From: Scyliorhinus canicula
Lineage: Eukaryota
Length of the DNA: 64,000 nucleotides
Direction of reading: 5' to 3'
NCBI RefSeq assembly: GCF_902713615.1
Contig: NC_052159.1
Span: 109,545,877-109,609,876 of the forward strand
The position numbers and the translations under genes were made by a program. Below, piece by piece: positions 40,626 through 55,119 of the stretch (positions are counted from its first letter, which is position 1; each line of letters opens with the position of its first letter). The notes under the pieces were generated by a model that worked only from the letters and a program-made list of their open reading frames with translations, was not told the origin of the DNA and did no database searches.

Positions 40626-41499
40626 CTGTGGAAAAAATGAAAAATGCTATCATCTTTCAACGTTGCATTAAAAAATCCATAATTCATAGTGCAGCTGCCT
40701 TAATCCAAATTTCTGCCCTGAATATTGCAATTTTTACTTTACTAATTGCCAATTAAATAATTGAATATTCATCCCATGCTTCCAAGTGTAGAAACAGTTT
40801 TCAAAAATGTAATAATTTCTACTATTTAATTTCAGGCTAGTGTTATCCAATACAAATTATTGCCTATTCACTTCCACAAATCTTACTGGAAAATATGTTT
40901 TATACGCTCCATGTACTTTACGTATGAATACTTATTTATGTATACCCACATATTGTAGATACCAATAAATGTATTTCACCTTTATATTTACTTGGTGAGT
41001 ATCTGCACCATTATGCATCTCAGGACGTTATATATATGACCAAAAAACATATGCGTTCTCTACTCTTAAACCTATTAACAAATGCTCAGAAAGAATTCAA
41101 GTTCAGATGTGTGCGTTGTGTGACTGAGTTGTATATCAGCCATGTTTCATTAATCAGAAACCCAATTATCCAGACCTGGAATCCCAATAAGCCACATGCA
41201 ATATCCTGACAGATAGGCAACCACCAAGTTGATTGGCGAATAATAGTCTATTAAAATAATAACTATATACAGAGAGTGAGTTAAGAGGCTACCATGTTTC
41301 CAATCTCCAAAATCCTCACAAACTGGGAAAACCATGTTCCGGCCCCAGGGTTCACGCACTCCAGCCCTATTGGCCAATCATGTCACATGACTCTTCTCGA
41401 ATGAGCCCCTTTAAAGGGGCACACTGCAACACCACCTATGGCTCATAACTTTACAAAAAAAAAATCCCCTAATGACCCTATGGAGATTACACTTACTGT

Positions 41500-41830
41500 G
41501 TAATCACTTACATAGTGCAAGTGTTCTTTTCTCCATTCCAAGGGACCAGAACTCCAAACACTTGTGGGTGAAACAATGATTTACTTGCACTTCTCACAAA
41601 GGTTCTACTGTATTCACCCCTCAACACTGGTGAATGCAAATGTAGATGGTTGCTTTGCTGAACACTTCTGAGCAATCTTCAAGCTTACCATTTAAACTCA
41701 TCAGCCCAATCCCACTCTGTCATTTCTTTGCATCTGATGCTATTCCAATGATGCTCAAAGCAAGCACGAGGAACAGCATCTCAACTTTCTATTTATTGCT
41801 TTCAAGCCTTAAAATTTAGTCTGATAACTT
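41500..41830 (+). mobile_element. Penelope-like GIY-YIG endonuclease relic
   Basis: FTCTS..YCI..FAEH..KHEEQHL pattern. Confidence 0.5.
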
Positions 41831-43902
41831 TAAACCTTGACGACTGCTCTCATTTTCTTGGACAGTAGGTGCTGATAATGGAGGATAGCTGCACCAGAGC
41901 CATTGGGAGTGGAGAATACATAGACTAGTGCTTGACATAGGTGTTGAATCTGCCATAAGTAGAACGCACAGACGCGAGTAGAAATTACAAACAAGGGTTA
42001 TTTCAATACAATTCTAATACTCCTCTCCCCTCCCATTCATTGTAAATGTGTTTCAATTGGATGTAGGGCTGGATTGTATGCTGAGGTCGGGCTCCCCATG
42101 CCCATGTGTAAGTGTCAGGGACAAGCTGACCTCCACTTGACCGACTCACCCTGCTCTAATTTGTCAGCCAATATGTTCTTTAATTATAATGAGGCGAAGC
42201 TTCCACCACTCTCCAGGAGGGAGTTCTGCCTGACGGAGCTGTTGGCCAACTGGAAGCTCGAAGTGCTGCAAAACTGGCAGTGGTGACTTCCGGTACTGCA
42301 GGAGGCCAGGTAGGTAGGACAATCATGGATAGTCCGACACCCAGGTAAGTCTTGAATCTCTCTGGTGCGAGGCTGGCAGAACCTGGTGAGCTGGGTGTGG
42401 GGCACGGGAAGAAGTTGGATGCAGGGAGCATAAACATAGGCGGTCGCCATGGGCGGCCTGACGACACCCTGGGCTACTGCGCGGTCACTTCCAGTCCCAC
42501 TTAACCCGGAGTCGCAACACAATTGAATTGACCAATAATTCTGATTAAAATACCTGGAGTCTTTGGCCCTTGCATGCCCAATAATTACAATCACCAGGTT
42601 AGTAAATTTAAAAACAATTACTTTTTATTTCTAACAAGAATTATAATGAAATACGCAGAAAATTCAATTGGTTAACTATTATCTGATTCCTAATCTCCCA
42701 CTTTAACTTGTACCCTCCCCTACCCTTTACATACACACACATAAGACAAACAAACACAGAGGGGAGGAGAGGGGTAAAAATCATAAGGAAAAGGAACAAG
42801 AGTGTTTCTTTCAGATGTTGTCCCTAAGCAGACCTCCTTTCATATAAGCTTCAGATCCAGGTCTCTGTTTGCAGCCTGTAAAGATTTCACGGCAGATTCA
42901 TTCATTCAGGTTCTCTTTAGGTTCAGAAATACAGCAACTCACAGCCTTTCTGGAGAGGGAGAAGAAAGAAGGAGAAGGTTGTTTCCCCTGAGTGTCTCGG
43001 ATTCAAACTGAGCTATTTGTGTCTCTGAAGATCATTCCACCCAAGTAGGATCTAATCACCACCTATTACCAGGAAGAACATGGCCTTTTGTCAAATTAAT
43101 TGGTCACCAGCCAACCAATCGAACCAAGTCCCACCCTATCTATCGGGTCCATGGATCAAAAATGATAACGGCAAAAAATAAAGGGAAAATAAAGGAATAA
43201 GGTCCATCACAAAGGACCCTTATACCAGCCTCCCAACTCTGGCTGAGTATATTCCTGAAGGTTTCACCACATAGCCACCCATTTTGAACCATGTCTGCAC
43301 CATTCTCTTGCTACTAGTCCATTCCTTAGGTTCGTTGCTTTCCCACGCCAAATAAAAGGCAACATGCTTCTTGTGGGAATCTCGGTCCCGACGCTAGTGG
43401 GGGACATTTGCCCGACGCTAGATTCCCCGCTACATTGGGCACTCCGCTACTGGCAGCAGGTTGCAGAGACTCCAACCCCAGATGGGTGAGCCTGGGGAAG
43501 AATTTGGAATGGCAACAGGTAAAATGAGCAGCAGATAAAATTTGGCCTGTTAATATTAGAGTTTGGGGATTTAGGAGTGAAATCAGGAAAACCTTTTTTT
43601 TGAATCATGAAGTGTTGGGAATTTTTAAAAGAATTCATTCATTGGATGTGTGTGTCACTAGTTAGGCAGCACATATTGCAATATTATCCCTTGAGATGTT
43701 ATTAGGCACTTCCCAAAAAAGACTAAGGTTACTGGGTCAATTCAAATTTTCAAGACTGATATTGCTCCATTTTTGTGAATTAAGTGTTTCGAGAGATGTG
43801 GAACAAAAGCAAGTAAATGAGGTGGAGGTAGAGCACAGCCATGGTCTAATTAAATCGGTGATGGGCAACCTAGATTAGCGTGTGGGCCACATGGGCAGCA
43901 TT

Positions 43903-44930
43903 GGGCAGCACGGTAGCACAAGTGGATAGTATTGTGGCTTCACAACGCCAGAGTCCCAGGTTCGATTCCCCACTGGGTCACTGTCTTTGCGGTGTCTGCA
44001 CGTTCTCCCCATGTCTGCGTGGGTTTCCTCCAGGTGCTCCGGTTTCCTCCCACAGTCCAAAGATGTGCAGGTTAGGTGAATTGGCCATGATAAATTGCCC
44101 TTAGTGACCAAAAAGTTAGGAGGGGTTATTGGGTTACGGGATAGGGTGGAAATGGGGGCTTAGGTGGTGTGGTGATCACAAGTTAACTAGATGCAATACA
44201 ACTGAGTAAACACTAGAGGGAGCACGGGAGAGCCATACAAATACACCGGGACAGGAAGTGAGGACACACTTCACAGAAGGCAGAACTGGTAGCAGGACAC
44301 GGACACACCAGCTAGTAGCATTTGAGGTAGCCGTAGGTTAAGCTCTGAAGAGAGAACGAGTTCACAATAAAGCATCTTCTCCACATTTGAGACTACGAGC
44401 TTTATTAAGACTCGAGGAACAACACATGGTACCCAGGAGTGGCTTCAGACGCTTACTACAGGACAACTCAGTGGCTGGTGATCGTAGATTGACTAGATAC
44501 AATACAATTGAGCAAACACTAGTGGGAGAGCTATAAATACACCGGGACAGGATGTACAATTTTCTTTAACGATGTACAGAAAATATGTAAAGAGAAAAAG
44601 GGGGATGTGGTGATCACAAGTTAACTAGATGCAATACAACTGAGCAAACACTAGAGGGAGCACGGGAGAGCCATACAAATACACCGGGACAGGAAGTGAG
44701 GACACACTTCACAGAAGGCAGAACTGGTAGCAGGACACGGACACACCAGCTAGTAGCATTTGAGGTAGCCGTAGGTTAAGCTCTGAAGAGAGAACGAATT
44801 CACAATAAAGCATCTTCTCCACATTTGAGACTACGAGCTTTATTAAGACTCGAGGAACAACACAGGTGGGTGGGTGCACACTCGATGGGCTGAATGGCCT
44901 CCTTCTGCACTGTATGTTCTATGTTGTATG
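43903..44930 (+). mobile_element. HE1/V-SINE split by the TRIM
   Basis: Head and V-domain at 43903-44167; tail at 44865-44930. Confidence 0.88.
44168..44864 (+). mobile_element. TRIM-like miniature LTR retrotransposon (697 bp)
   Basis: 259-bp LTRs at 44168-44426 and 44606-44864 (2 mismatches), TSD GGTGG, PBS TGGTACCCAGGAGTGG (tRNA-Leu-TAA-like), PPT AAAGAGAAAAAGGGGGA. Confidence 0.92.
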
Positions 44931-45329
44931 TGCAGCCCTCGATCATCTCAGTGGGCCGCAAGATTGAAATCAGGCTTGTTCACTCACCATGTCCTCATGA
45001 ATAAGCCAACTATTTCATCATGGGCTAAAGAAAATGCTTAACCATTTATATATTAATAGAATTTCAAATGGTGAAAACAAAAGTAATGTTTACACTTTGG
45101 ACGCAGAGGGATCGCACAGCTCTCACAGTATGTTGTGAGCAATCAGCACACACTTCACGTGCCCTTGCTTTACATGCGTATCACTTCAGTTATGTCAGTA
45201 GGAAAAAACCACACAGTTGGAAATCAGTGGAATGTGGCAACCCTACGCTTGGGCAATGATCATCAAAATGTCTTGTGGGCCATGCTCAGAACCCAGATGG
45301 CCCGTATGTGGCCCCAGGAACACAAAATT

Positions 45330-45502
45330 AATAACAATAATCACTTATTGTCACAAGTAGGCTTCAATAAAGTTACTGTGAAAAGCCACTAGTCGCCACA
45401 TTTCGGTGCCTATTTGGGGAGGCCAGTACGGGAATTGAACCCACGCTGCTGGCATTGTTCTGCATTACAAACCAGCTGTTTAGCCCACTGTGCTAAACCA
45501 GC
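45330..45502 (-). mobile_element. Short tRNA-derived SINE (second family)
   Basis: Reverse complement of the 40443-type SINE. Confidence 0.78.
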
Positions 45503-46837
45503 ATTTAAAATTAAATGGTGGGAATGGCTTAAGAGACTGAATGCCCTTCTCCAATCCTTCTGTTTGATCATCCAATTTACACATTTTTCTCAAGTCCACA
45601 TATTTACACACCAGCACTATGATGCTATTTGAGATACTGGAACAGCTGAAGTACTGTACCAAAAGTGCAGTGATTATTTACTGCCCGGATTTCACAATCA
45701 CTATTTCCTTCAGAACCTTCAAAGGTGCCTTGAAATGGAAAAGAGTGACACCAATTAGCCCACTAAGCCATCTTTCATCCTTCACCTGACAGAAGCACTC
45801 CCTCCAACAAATGGTTGTGTTGGACAGTTTTTATTAGAATGAACTGAACCACTCACGAAATCTTATCTGATAGCGACTCCCTAATGTCTGCCCTCTACTC
45901 TTAGAAGAACAAGGGCAACAGGTGCATGGAAACTCCATCAACTCCAAATTCCACTCAGGGGTGGAATTCTCCCAAGCCCTTGCCAGTGAGGCGCAAAATT
46001 GGTTTTACGCAGTGTGAATTTCCCAGAGGATCTTGCTCTGGTACCCGCCATGGCAGATCGGGAAACCTGCTGGAGGCCAGTGTAAAACTGGGTTGCATCC
46101 CGCTAATGGAATGTATTTCAAGCACTAAGTGCATTCCAATCACTCAAGCGTGTGATTTCACTGCACTTGCCTCTCTTCGATGTGGTCAGTGGTTACATAC
46201 ATTGGGGTTTCACCATGTAGGCCACTGAAGCATGAAAGGATATGAATGGATCACAGCTGCAGATGTTTTTTACAAGCTGTCAATCACAGACCACTAGACA
46301 AAAGCTATGAATGGCCTGCAAATTATGCAGGCACAGCTGCTGTCCTTGGAGGAACGGACACATGGAGCTGCAAGGTAAGTATTACAGCTAAATGCTTCCT
46401 GCTGCCCCTGGCTGGACTGCTCTCTCACTTCCAGCGAGTGGTCCTTTTCTGCATGGTGGGAGGGGACAGTCTGTGTATGGGGAGGTCTGTATATGGGGGG
46501 GGATCTGTGGAGGGGGTTCTTTTAGGCAGGGGAGCCTTGTAGAGGTCCCTCGATTAGAGGGATCCCTGTTGGGAGTCCCGCTATTACAGGGAACCCTGGG
46601 GCAGCGGGGGGGGGGGGGGGGAACAGCAGGGGTGGGGGTGGGGGTGATGGCCGACCATGGGACCTCGCTATCCAGCAGCCCGCTCTGGATGTTGGCCCGA
46701 TAGCGGGATTCTTTGGGAATCCTTCGGATTCCATGCCGTGCATGAATTTGCATGGCATGGGACACTGAATTCCATCCTTCTTTATGGCCACAAGGGGATT
46801 GTAAAACTGTACAATTCAGCTCTGGCAGGAGAACATA

Positions 46838-47007
46838 GGGCTGAATTCTCCACCGTCGGGATTCTCCATTTTGCCGGTAGCCCGTGGGTTTCCCGACGGC
46901 GTGGGGCTCCCCACAATGGGAAACCCCATTGACCAGCCGGCGAAATGGAGAATCCCGACGGCGTGCTGAACCAGAAAGCTGGTGTAGCGGGACAGAGAAA
47001 CCCACCT
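46838..47007. mobile_element. Hairpin MITE nested in a larger Harbinger-like element (~45958-47149)
   Basis: CCGTCGGGATTCTCCATTTTGCCGG / CCGGCGAAATGGAGAATCCCGACGG inverted repeat. Confidence 0.75.
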
Positions 47008-47599
47008 TCTTCCAAATGGAGAATCCTGCTCAATAATGAAGTTGGGGTTGGAAGATACGGTGTGTTTTCCCGTTGGGCCTCCACAGCGGGAAACACTCCC
47101 TATCCCTGTCCCCACCATTGAATTAGTCCCTGATGGGAGAATTCTGCCCAAAGTCCCACACCATCCTAACTTGGAAATACATCATCATTCCTTCAGGGTA
47201 AAAATCCCAGAACTCCTTACTTAATAGGTTTGTTAGATTAACTTCACCACAGGGACAGTAGTAATTCTGTAAAGGCTCCACACTTCTTTCTCAAGGGAAA
47301 GTATGGATGGGTAATAAATGCTGGCCTTGCTAACAATGTCCACATTTCAAGAATTTAATGAAAAGGCACTTAATAGCCTTGAATAGATCTGTCCCTTGTT
47401 GCCTTCTGGAATAGAATCACACAGAATGAGGTTCCACCAATAGTAAGTTGCAAACCTTTTTGGAAATCCTTCAGAAAAGCAAAACGTCAAATAAACATTG
47501 GCTCTATTTGGCGTTCGACTTTCCCTTACTTTTCAATCGTTTTATGTCTGCTATTGTGAATGTATCAAGGACCCGACACAGATTAGTCAACATTATTTG

Positions 47600-50500
47600 A
47601 TTGCAGTGTACATGGCAGGTACACCAACTTTAACAGAAGGGAAGCCTTAAAGATTTTCATAACTGCAGTGGAGATTGATGTACTAATATTCCAACTTCCT
47701 TGAACATTTTGGAACAATGTAAGTAACATATGGAGGAACACAAAACAAAACAGCAAAATATTTTGCAGCCACATCAAAACGAAGGAAAGCTGGTGATGTG
47801 AATCGGTACATTAAAGGACAGACAGAATAATATCACAGGTAATAATGGACAGGTAGCAGAAACATTAAATAATCATTTCACTTTGGTATTTACTAGAGAG
47901 ATAGAACAGGTGGATAAGACATTGGATGATGAGTTGAGTAAAAAGGTAAACGCATTTTTAAATTAAAAAGGAGATGCATTAATTTAACTTTTAATAAAAG
48001 TCATAGCAGATAAAAATACTGGATGGATCGCATCTACCTATTTCAGCGGAATCGAGAGAAGAGATAACAATGGCAATACTGCACGAAAGGAATAATTTTT
48101 GTGTCACATCAGTGGACTGACAGATAACTAAATTAATAGCTATATTGAAGAAAGGGGATAGAAGGTCTGCAGAGAATGATAGATCAGTCAGCATAACATC
48201 AGTGTTCAGGGAAAAGGGAAACAAAATCTAGAACTCAGAAATATCACAGGAGGAATTGTCAGCATGGATTTCAAAAGAAAATTTGCTTGACCAATCTTAT
48301 TTAATTGTTTGCAATCACAGAATCATAAAATTTACAGTGCAGAAAGAGGCCATTCGGCCCATCGAGTCTGCACCGACCCTTGGAAAGAGCACCCCACTTA
48401 AGCCCACACCACCATCCTATCCCAGTAACCCCACCTCATTTTTTTTGGGCACTAAGAACAATTTAGCATGGCCAATTCACCTAACCTGCACATCTTTGTA
48501 CTGTGGGAGCAAAACCTGAGCACCCGGGAGGAAACCCACGCAGACACGGGTAGAACATGAAGACTCCACACAGACAGTGACCCAAGCTGGGAATCAAGCC
48601 TGGGACCCTGGCGCTGTGAAGCAGCTGTGCTAACCACTGTGCTAACGTGCTGCCCATGGTACCTTCCTTTTTGAGGAAGTAACAGAGACTGCAGACAATG
48701 GTAAAGCAGTAGATGTAATTCATGTGGATTATTTTAACCTTTGACAAGGTTTCCCATAAAAGACTAATGAATAATGTCAGAAAACACAGAGTTGGAGATA
48801 GGAAGCAGAATGAACTGTCAACTGACGTCAAGGCAGAAGGTAGAAGATGGGAGCAAAGAATAGTTATTCGAGGGTGGTTAGTGGTATTCCACAAAGGACA
48901 CAGCTGGGACCTCCACTGTTCACAATTCGCACTTGGGCTCAAGAATCTAAAACAAAATTTCTAAATTTGTGGACGACACCAAATTGGGCCTGGGGCTGAC
49001 GGAATGCCAGTACTGAGGAAGACTGCAAATAACTTAGAGGACATTTATAAATTTGCAGAATGGCAAAATAGTTGGAAAATGAAGTTCAGCACAGAAAAAG
49101 TGAAGAGATAGAATGCTTGAGAGATGTAAATCTCTGTGGTTTAGAGGAAAAAATAAATCTCGAATACAAAGACAATCAATACATTTGTGTCACAGGTTAT
49201 CAAGGCTGTTTTTGAGAAAAACACCACAAAACGTTTTGAGAGGGATAGAATTGAAAGATTCAGAAACTAAGCTTAATCTGTATTGGACCTTAGTCAGACT
49301 ATAGGGATGGAGTTAATGCAGTCGTTCACAGGCCTACCTGGTCGCCAGACCTGCTGAATCATTGGAGAGACCCCACAGCAGTATCTTGGTTGTGGCAAAA
49401 CCTCCCTCAATACAGGTAGAAAGGGCTGATGTAGGATTCCCAGCCACCCAAGATGCCAATTAGATTCATTAATGAACTAACAGACACATTATATGGACTG
49501 ACTGGACCACAATTCAGTGGTGGCTCAGGATTAACTGGGAACCGCACGGCTTTCCTGTGCATCCTGAAGGCTGCCCAGAAAGCCATCTCCAAGAGGACCC
49601 CTCAGTATCAGTTATTATGTGCATGATTAAGCGACCTTGCATTGAAAGAGGGGGGCAAGAGGAATGGCACTAAAAGCCACCACACTGGTCTTGTCTCTGA
49701 ACCCCTTGCCCCTCCCTCCCCTGATGCACATGTTGCCTATCCCATCACTCACCTCAGCAAACCTGAGCCTCTGTTGGGTTGTCTCCCATCTGTGCTGCCT
49801 ATAATGCAGATCAGATAGCCTCTGATTGCTCAGCAGTTCTTGGCAGGGAGAGATTTCACTGCTGAGGTTCTGAATCCTGGAGAGAGCCTGACAATAGCCT
49901 TAAAAGCACTTACTACCATTCGACCTCCCCATGTAACTCTCAGACATTCCCCACCAGTTCTCCGGCGGGTGGGCTAGACTCCCATCGCCCATATTAATTC
50001 CAGTCCTTGGAATACTCTGTCCAGTCCTGGCCATCTTACTATAACAATGATGAAGGGGCACTGGAGAGAGATTTGCAAGGATATTATCAGAAAAGCACAG
50101 ATTTGTTTTTATTTATTTATTTACAGGATGTGGGCGTCGCTGGTTAGGTCAGCATTTATTGCCCATCCCTAGTTGCCCTTCAGAAGGTGGTGGTGAGTTG
50201 CTTCTTGAACCGCTGCAGTCCTTGAGGTGTAGGTACACCCACTGTGCTATTAGGGAGGGAGTTCCAGGATGTTGTCCCAGCAACAGTAAAGGATTTGCGA
50301 TATATTTCCAAGATATACATATAAGGTGATGGTCAGTCTGTGTCTCTCCTTGAGAAAAGGTTGAGCTCTTTAACATTTTGAAAGGTTTTGATAGAATGGA
50401 TACAAAGGTGGGGAAGAGCCGAGATTGAGGTCACCAAGAAATCCAATCAAGAATTCCAAAGAAACCTCTTTACTCCTGAAGTTGAGATTATGGAACTCAC

Positions 50501-50680
50501 TCCCCCAGGGAGTGATTGAAATGACTGCTATGGGTGCATTGAAGGGGTGCTAGATGAGCATGTGAGGGAGATAGGAATAGACGGTTACACTGAGATGCAT
50601 GGGTGAGGAAGGGTGGGAGGAGGCTCGACTGCAGGCTGAATGTCAGCATGGACCAGTTTTGTGCTATGTATTTTATGTAA
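47600..50680 (+). mobile_element. Old, fragmented CR1 LINE with nested insertions
   Basis: Relics TFDKVSHKRL, SKFVDDTKLG, LNLYWTLVR and a 3' tail near 50650. Confidence 0.6.
48316..48655 (-). mobile_element. HE1/V-SINE
   Basis: Head, V-domain and tail. Confidence 0.9.
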
Positions 50681-51872
50681 TCCCGTTTTATCACAACTGG
50701 AAAATAATTTCAAGGGAATTTCCAAATGTAGAAATGCTAAATCAAATAAATCTTTCAGATCCTTGAAGAATGTAATTATTTCAAGAGATGCCGTGGAACT
50801 GCATTTAACAGACCTTTGTTTCCAACTTACACCTTCAATATTAAACCAGAACAAAACATTCTCTGCATGTTTTAATTTGATACAGTTACACATAACGAAT
50901 AATAGACTCCTGGCACTGATTTAAAAGATTAACTCAACAAAATATTCTGATGAGGACCTAGAACTGTGACAATGAAGGTCCAACTGTCAGCCCATTCATG
51001 CACAGAATATTAAGATTAAATATTATTCTGTTCCTTACAATGCTGGCAATATTTCAGAGAGATTGTGTTTCTTGAACTGTGAGTATAGAGCTGGAGCCAT
51101 GAATATAAAATGAAGCAGACACAAATAAGATTTGAGATAAAAAGTGAAACCTTGCCCTCTACACAGGAATGGTGAAAAGTTTAACTGACTTCCAGCTTGA
51201 ACCATTAATGTTCCAGCAGTGAACGTGTTTACAACAAATAGTTTATCTTTAGAATACCAAAACATACCAAGATTTTTCACAGGAGTGTAATCAGTCAAGA
51301 ATTGACAAGAAACACAGAAGAAGATATTAGGACACCTCAACAGAAGCTTGGGCAAAATTGCACACATTAAGGGCGGTTCAAAAGAAAAGAGAGCAGCTGA
51401 GAGGTTCAATAAAGGCAATACTGGAGCTGAAGACCAAGCCAGCTGGAGGCACAGCTGCCAACTGCAGAGTGAAGGAAGTCAAGGCTGGGTAGATACGTAT
51501 TCAGCAATGGGAATGAGCATGGGACAGCGGTTGGCCTTTCCACCCAATATGGGCAAGGGTTTGTCAGTGGCTAAACTTTCCGCCAAACTGCAGAAAAACT
51601 GGCTATTAGCTTGCAGAAGTCAGTGCTACTGGAATCACAAAACTGACTATTTGCCTGCTTACGTCAGCACTAATGGAACCTGGAATCACAACAGCCGCAA
51701 TGCTTAACCATCTACTCCTCACTGTTTCTAATACCTTTTTTGAACTCATTTACTTTGAAGTAAATTCTCGCTTCTAATCTGTATGAATGTATATGCGTGT
51801 GTTTTAACATTTTCTTGCCTTTAATGGTTAATAATCTCACACTAAATGTAACTCAAGAAAACCTGGTGCGAC

Positions 51873-52174
51873 CAGCAGCACGGTAGCACAAGTGGATAGC
51901 ACTGTAGCTACACAGTGCCAGGGTCCCAGGTTCGATTCCCCGCTGGGTCACTGTCTGTGCAGAGTCTGCACGTTCTCCCCATGTCTGCGTGGGTTTCCTC
52001 CGGGTGCTTCGGTTTCCTCCCACAGTCCAAAGACATACAGGTTAGGTGGATTGGCCATGCTCAATTGCCCTTAGTGTCCAAAAAGGTTATGGGGATAGGG
52101 TGGAAGTGAGGGCTTAAGTGGGTCGGTGCAGACTTGATGGACCGAATGGCCTCCTTCTGCACTGTATGTTCTAT
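51873..52174 (+). mobile_element. HE1/V-SINE inside an old LTR-like sequence
   Basis: Head, V-domain and tail; TGGTG on both sides. Confidence 0.88.
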
Positions 52175-53059
52175 GGTGAAATCGGCTCCTTTTAAAACAT
52201 ATACATTGGGTTGGGAAAAAGTATTCTGCAAAGGAAGGGATCCATTTTACATGAATCTTATTGTGACCTGTGGAGGGGATTGAATAAAGAAAGAGTTCCA
52301 GCTGATCCCTCCGTACCCGGGGCATAACAATTTGGGGTGTTCCAAGCCGGACGGTAACAAATTGAGGTGTCTCGCCGAGGTTAACTAATTTGGGAATCTC
52401 GCCTGGGGACTATTGTACACTGGTAAATCTAGAAATAGTGCAGATGAGAGAAATCTGGCCACAGCTAGGTTGGCAAAGTCCCCCTGCTCTCAGATCAGTC
52501 TTTATTAATATTCTTGAAGGTGCAAAAAAAATTTGTAAAAAGTGATTAAAGACCATACAGACATTGCCACCTTCCCCAGAAGAATCTACTGATGCACTGG
52601 TACGTTGAACCACAGCGCTGGTGGCAGATCTGTTCAGCTGCCTCTGTACCATCTTGATTTAGCTGGCATAAAAGACATCAAACTTTTCAAAATCTGAACT
52701 TTTTAGATCGGACGCCTGAAAAATCCAACATAAAATTGTGGACAATTTGGTTGTGAACAAGCTGAGTAATTAACAGCTTGTTAACTTTGTTTTTCAAAAC
52801 TGGCTGGCAGGCTGTTAATTTCAGCACGCACCTGATTTCCATAATGATGTTGGGTCGGTGACCCGGCATCATCACACCAGATTTCATGTGAGCACACCTA
52901 ATTGTGTTAGCCGCCTAATTTCTGAATGTAAAATGCACCCTAGAATTACACATCCTGCATCCTGTCCTGATGCCTACTGCCTACTGTGCCTGTGCAGCTT
53001 TAGCAGGCAATCTTTGGTAGGTCAATAGCTCCAAAACCCAGAGGACATCTCATCTGTCA

Positions 53060-53226
53060 AATAATCGCTTATTGTCACAAGTAGGCTTCAATGAAGTTAC
53101 TGCGAAAAGCCCCTAGTCGCCATATTCCGGTGCCTGTTCGGAGAGGCCTGTACGGGAATTAAACCCGCGCTGCTGGCATTGTTCTGCATTGCAAGCCAGT
53201 TATTTAGCCCACTGTGCTAAACCAGC
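53060..53226 (-). mobile_element. Short tRNA-derived SINE (second family)
   Basis: Reverse complement of the 40443-type SINE. Confidence 0.78.
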
Positions 53227-55119
53227 CTCTGAGAAATGAGCAGCCTTCCTGAAGCTCACAGAGAGTACATCACACAGGAGTGAAAGGAAGCATATGAGAA
53301 TGACTTGATAGTTGTACAAGGGATTCACTTGGGTATGAGTTGGAATGTTTAAGGCATTGTGTGTATGTTTATCGAAATGAATCGTGTACTTCATTTGAAT
53401 TCTTCTGGTCTTTACTTTGTTGCATTCCAAATTTCAAGTCGGCAGTAGTCTTCAGGTGAACAGTTTGGATGATGAGATGTAATGATTCAAATTTTGACCG
53501 TGGGAATAATTTGTATTGGGAGTTTTGAGCACCACAGGATTCATGGTCTCACTACTACATGGTCTCAGATTAGCTGTAGCATGCCTGTATGAGGTGACCA
53601 TGGGCTGCTTTAACAGCCAGGTGAGTGGCTTTAGGCATCTGGATGCTACAACTCCTCCTATTCCTCCATGGATATTGAGCACTCTACACCTTCCTCTTTT
53701 GCATCTCCACTCAACTCTACAGCATGATGTTGTGCAATTACCGTTCTCAAGCCCCTTGCATCCTGAAGAACACTCCCGCCCCAGATCTGTCCAGATACCT
53801 AAATTGCACCATCACCTACCCATGACTTGCTCAACAATCATTCTTGCGGAGACTTGTTTGGTACCTTTCTTCAGCATCAGTGTTAGGGCTCCTTACAGTG
53901 TTCAGTGTCATCAGTCAGATCAAAGAGTTCCCCCTGTCTCCAAGGAGCCATTCACTCACATTGTTTGAAGCAGCAAAAACCCTGTGGGAGATGTAACTGT
54001 GAAGGTATCATGGCAGCTTCTGGGATATCCTGCACAGAAATGCATGAAGACTTCTTGAGCTCACACACCAGCTGATTCTAAATGGCAAATACTCCAGGTT
54101 GACTGGAAGGTGTCTGGATGGCCATTCAGGGCTGTGGTAGAAACTACCGATGCTGTCGGTATTGGTGTTGCAGCTCCCGATGCCATGCTCCAGGTGTAGG
54201 AGCTGTTCCCGTGCTGAAATGAAGGCTTACAGCAGCGAAGTTCAGATCAAGGTGGGTAAAGTCCAAGGTAGGTGAATTAACTCCCAAAAAGTTGGAAGTC
54301 ACTTCAGAACAGTGAAATCTGTCTCTTAGAACAAGTGCTGTGAGTCAAATCCATTCACAAAGGCATTGATTTGCCAACTGTGATTAAATGTATTCCTAGG
54401 GGTTTCATCACATGGCTTGCTCCCAAGCTCAGCCATTTGTCAGCCAACACATCCACCCTTGTGACACTCTTCCTTCCTAGGCCAATCAGAAAGCAAAAAG
54501 ACTCATTACCAATTGGATGCTTGACGTCAGTTATAGAGCCTTCTTATCCCTATTTTCACTATTTTAATCTCTGGTAAAGAGAAATGATCAATGAACATTT
54601 TTTAACAATCCATCTTTTTTGTTGGCCTGATGCTTTTCACTCGGATTATGCATGGCGGTTTCCTGGAGATTGATCTTGAATTCCTGTTGCCTGCAGGCCA
54701 ATTCTGGAGGGTTGGCAACCCTCCAAAGGCAGGCCCAGAAATGTGAAATTTACTGTTTGAAGGCTTTTCAAGTCCATCAGTTTCATCAGTCAATTAATGC
54801 TCACTGTGCTCTCACCTTGCTGACCCTTGTAAGTTCCACAGAGCTCAGCAAACCTGTGCACCAGCTGTTAAAAGCAGAATTCTGGGTTAATGACTCAACT
54901 AATTAATTCATTAAATATTTAAGTGACTGACCCAATAACTCCACAGGGTTTCATGCTCAACCTTCAAACGTGCCCCAGTTAAACCTGGTAGTGGGTGGGA
55001 TCATGTCAGGTTCCTGAGCCACCACAGGTGTTGGGGAAATTAGCACCCCACATCCCGAACTATGGGGTCCACACCCCCCCCCCCCCCTTCCCCCCCCTCC
55101 CCCCCCCCCCAACCAAGAA

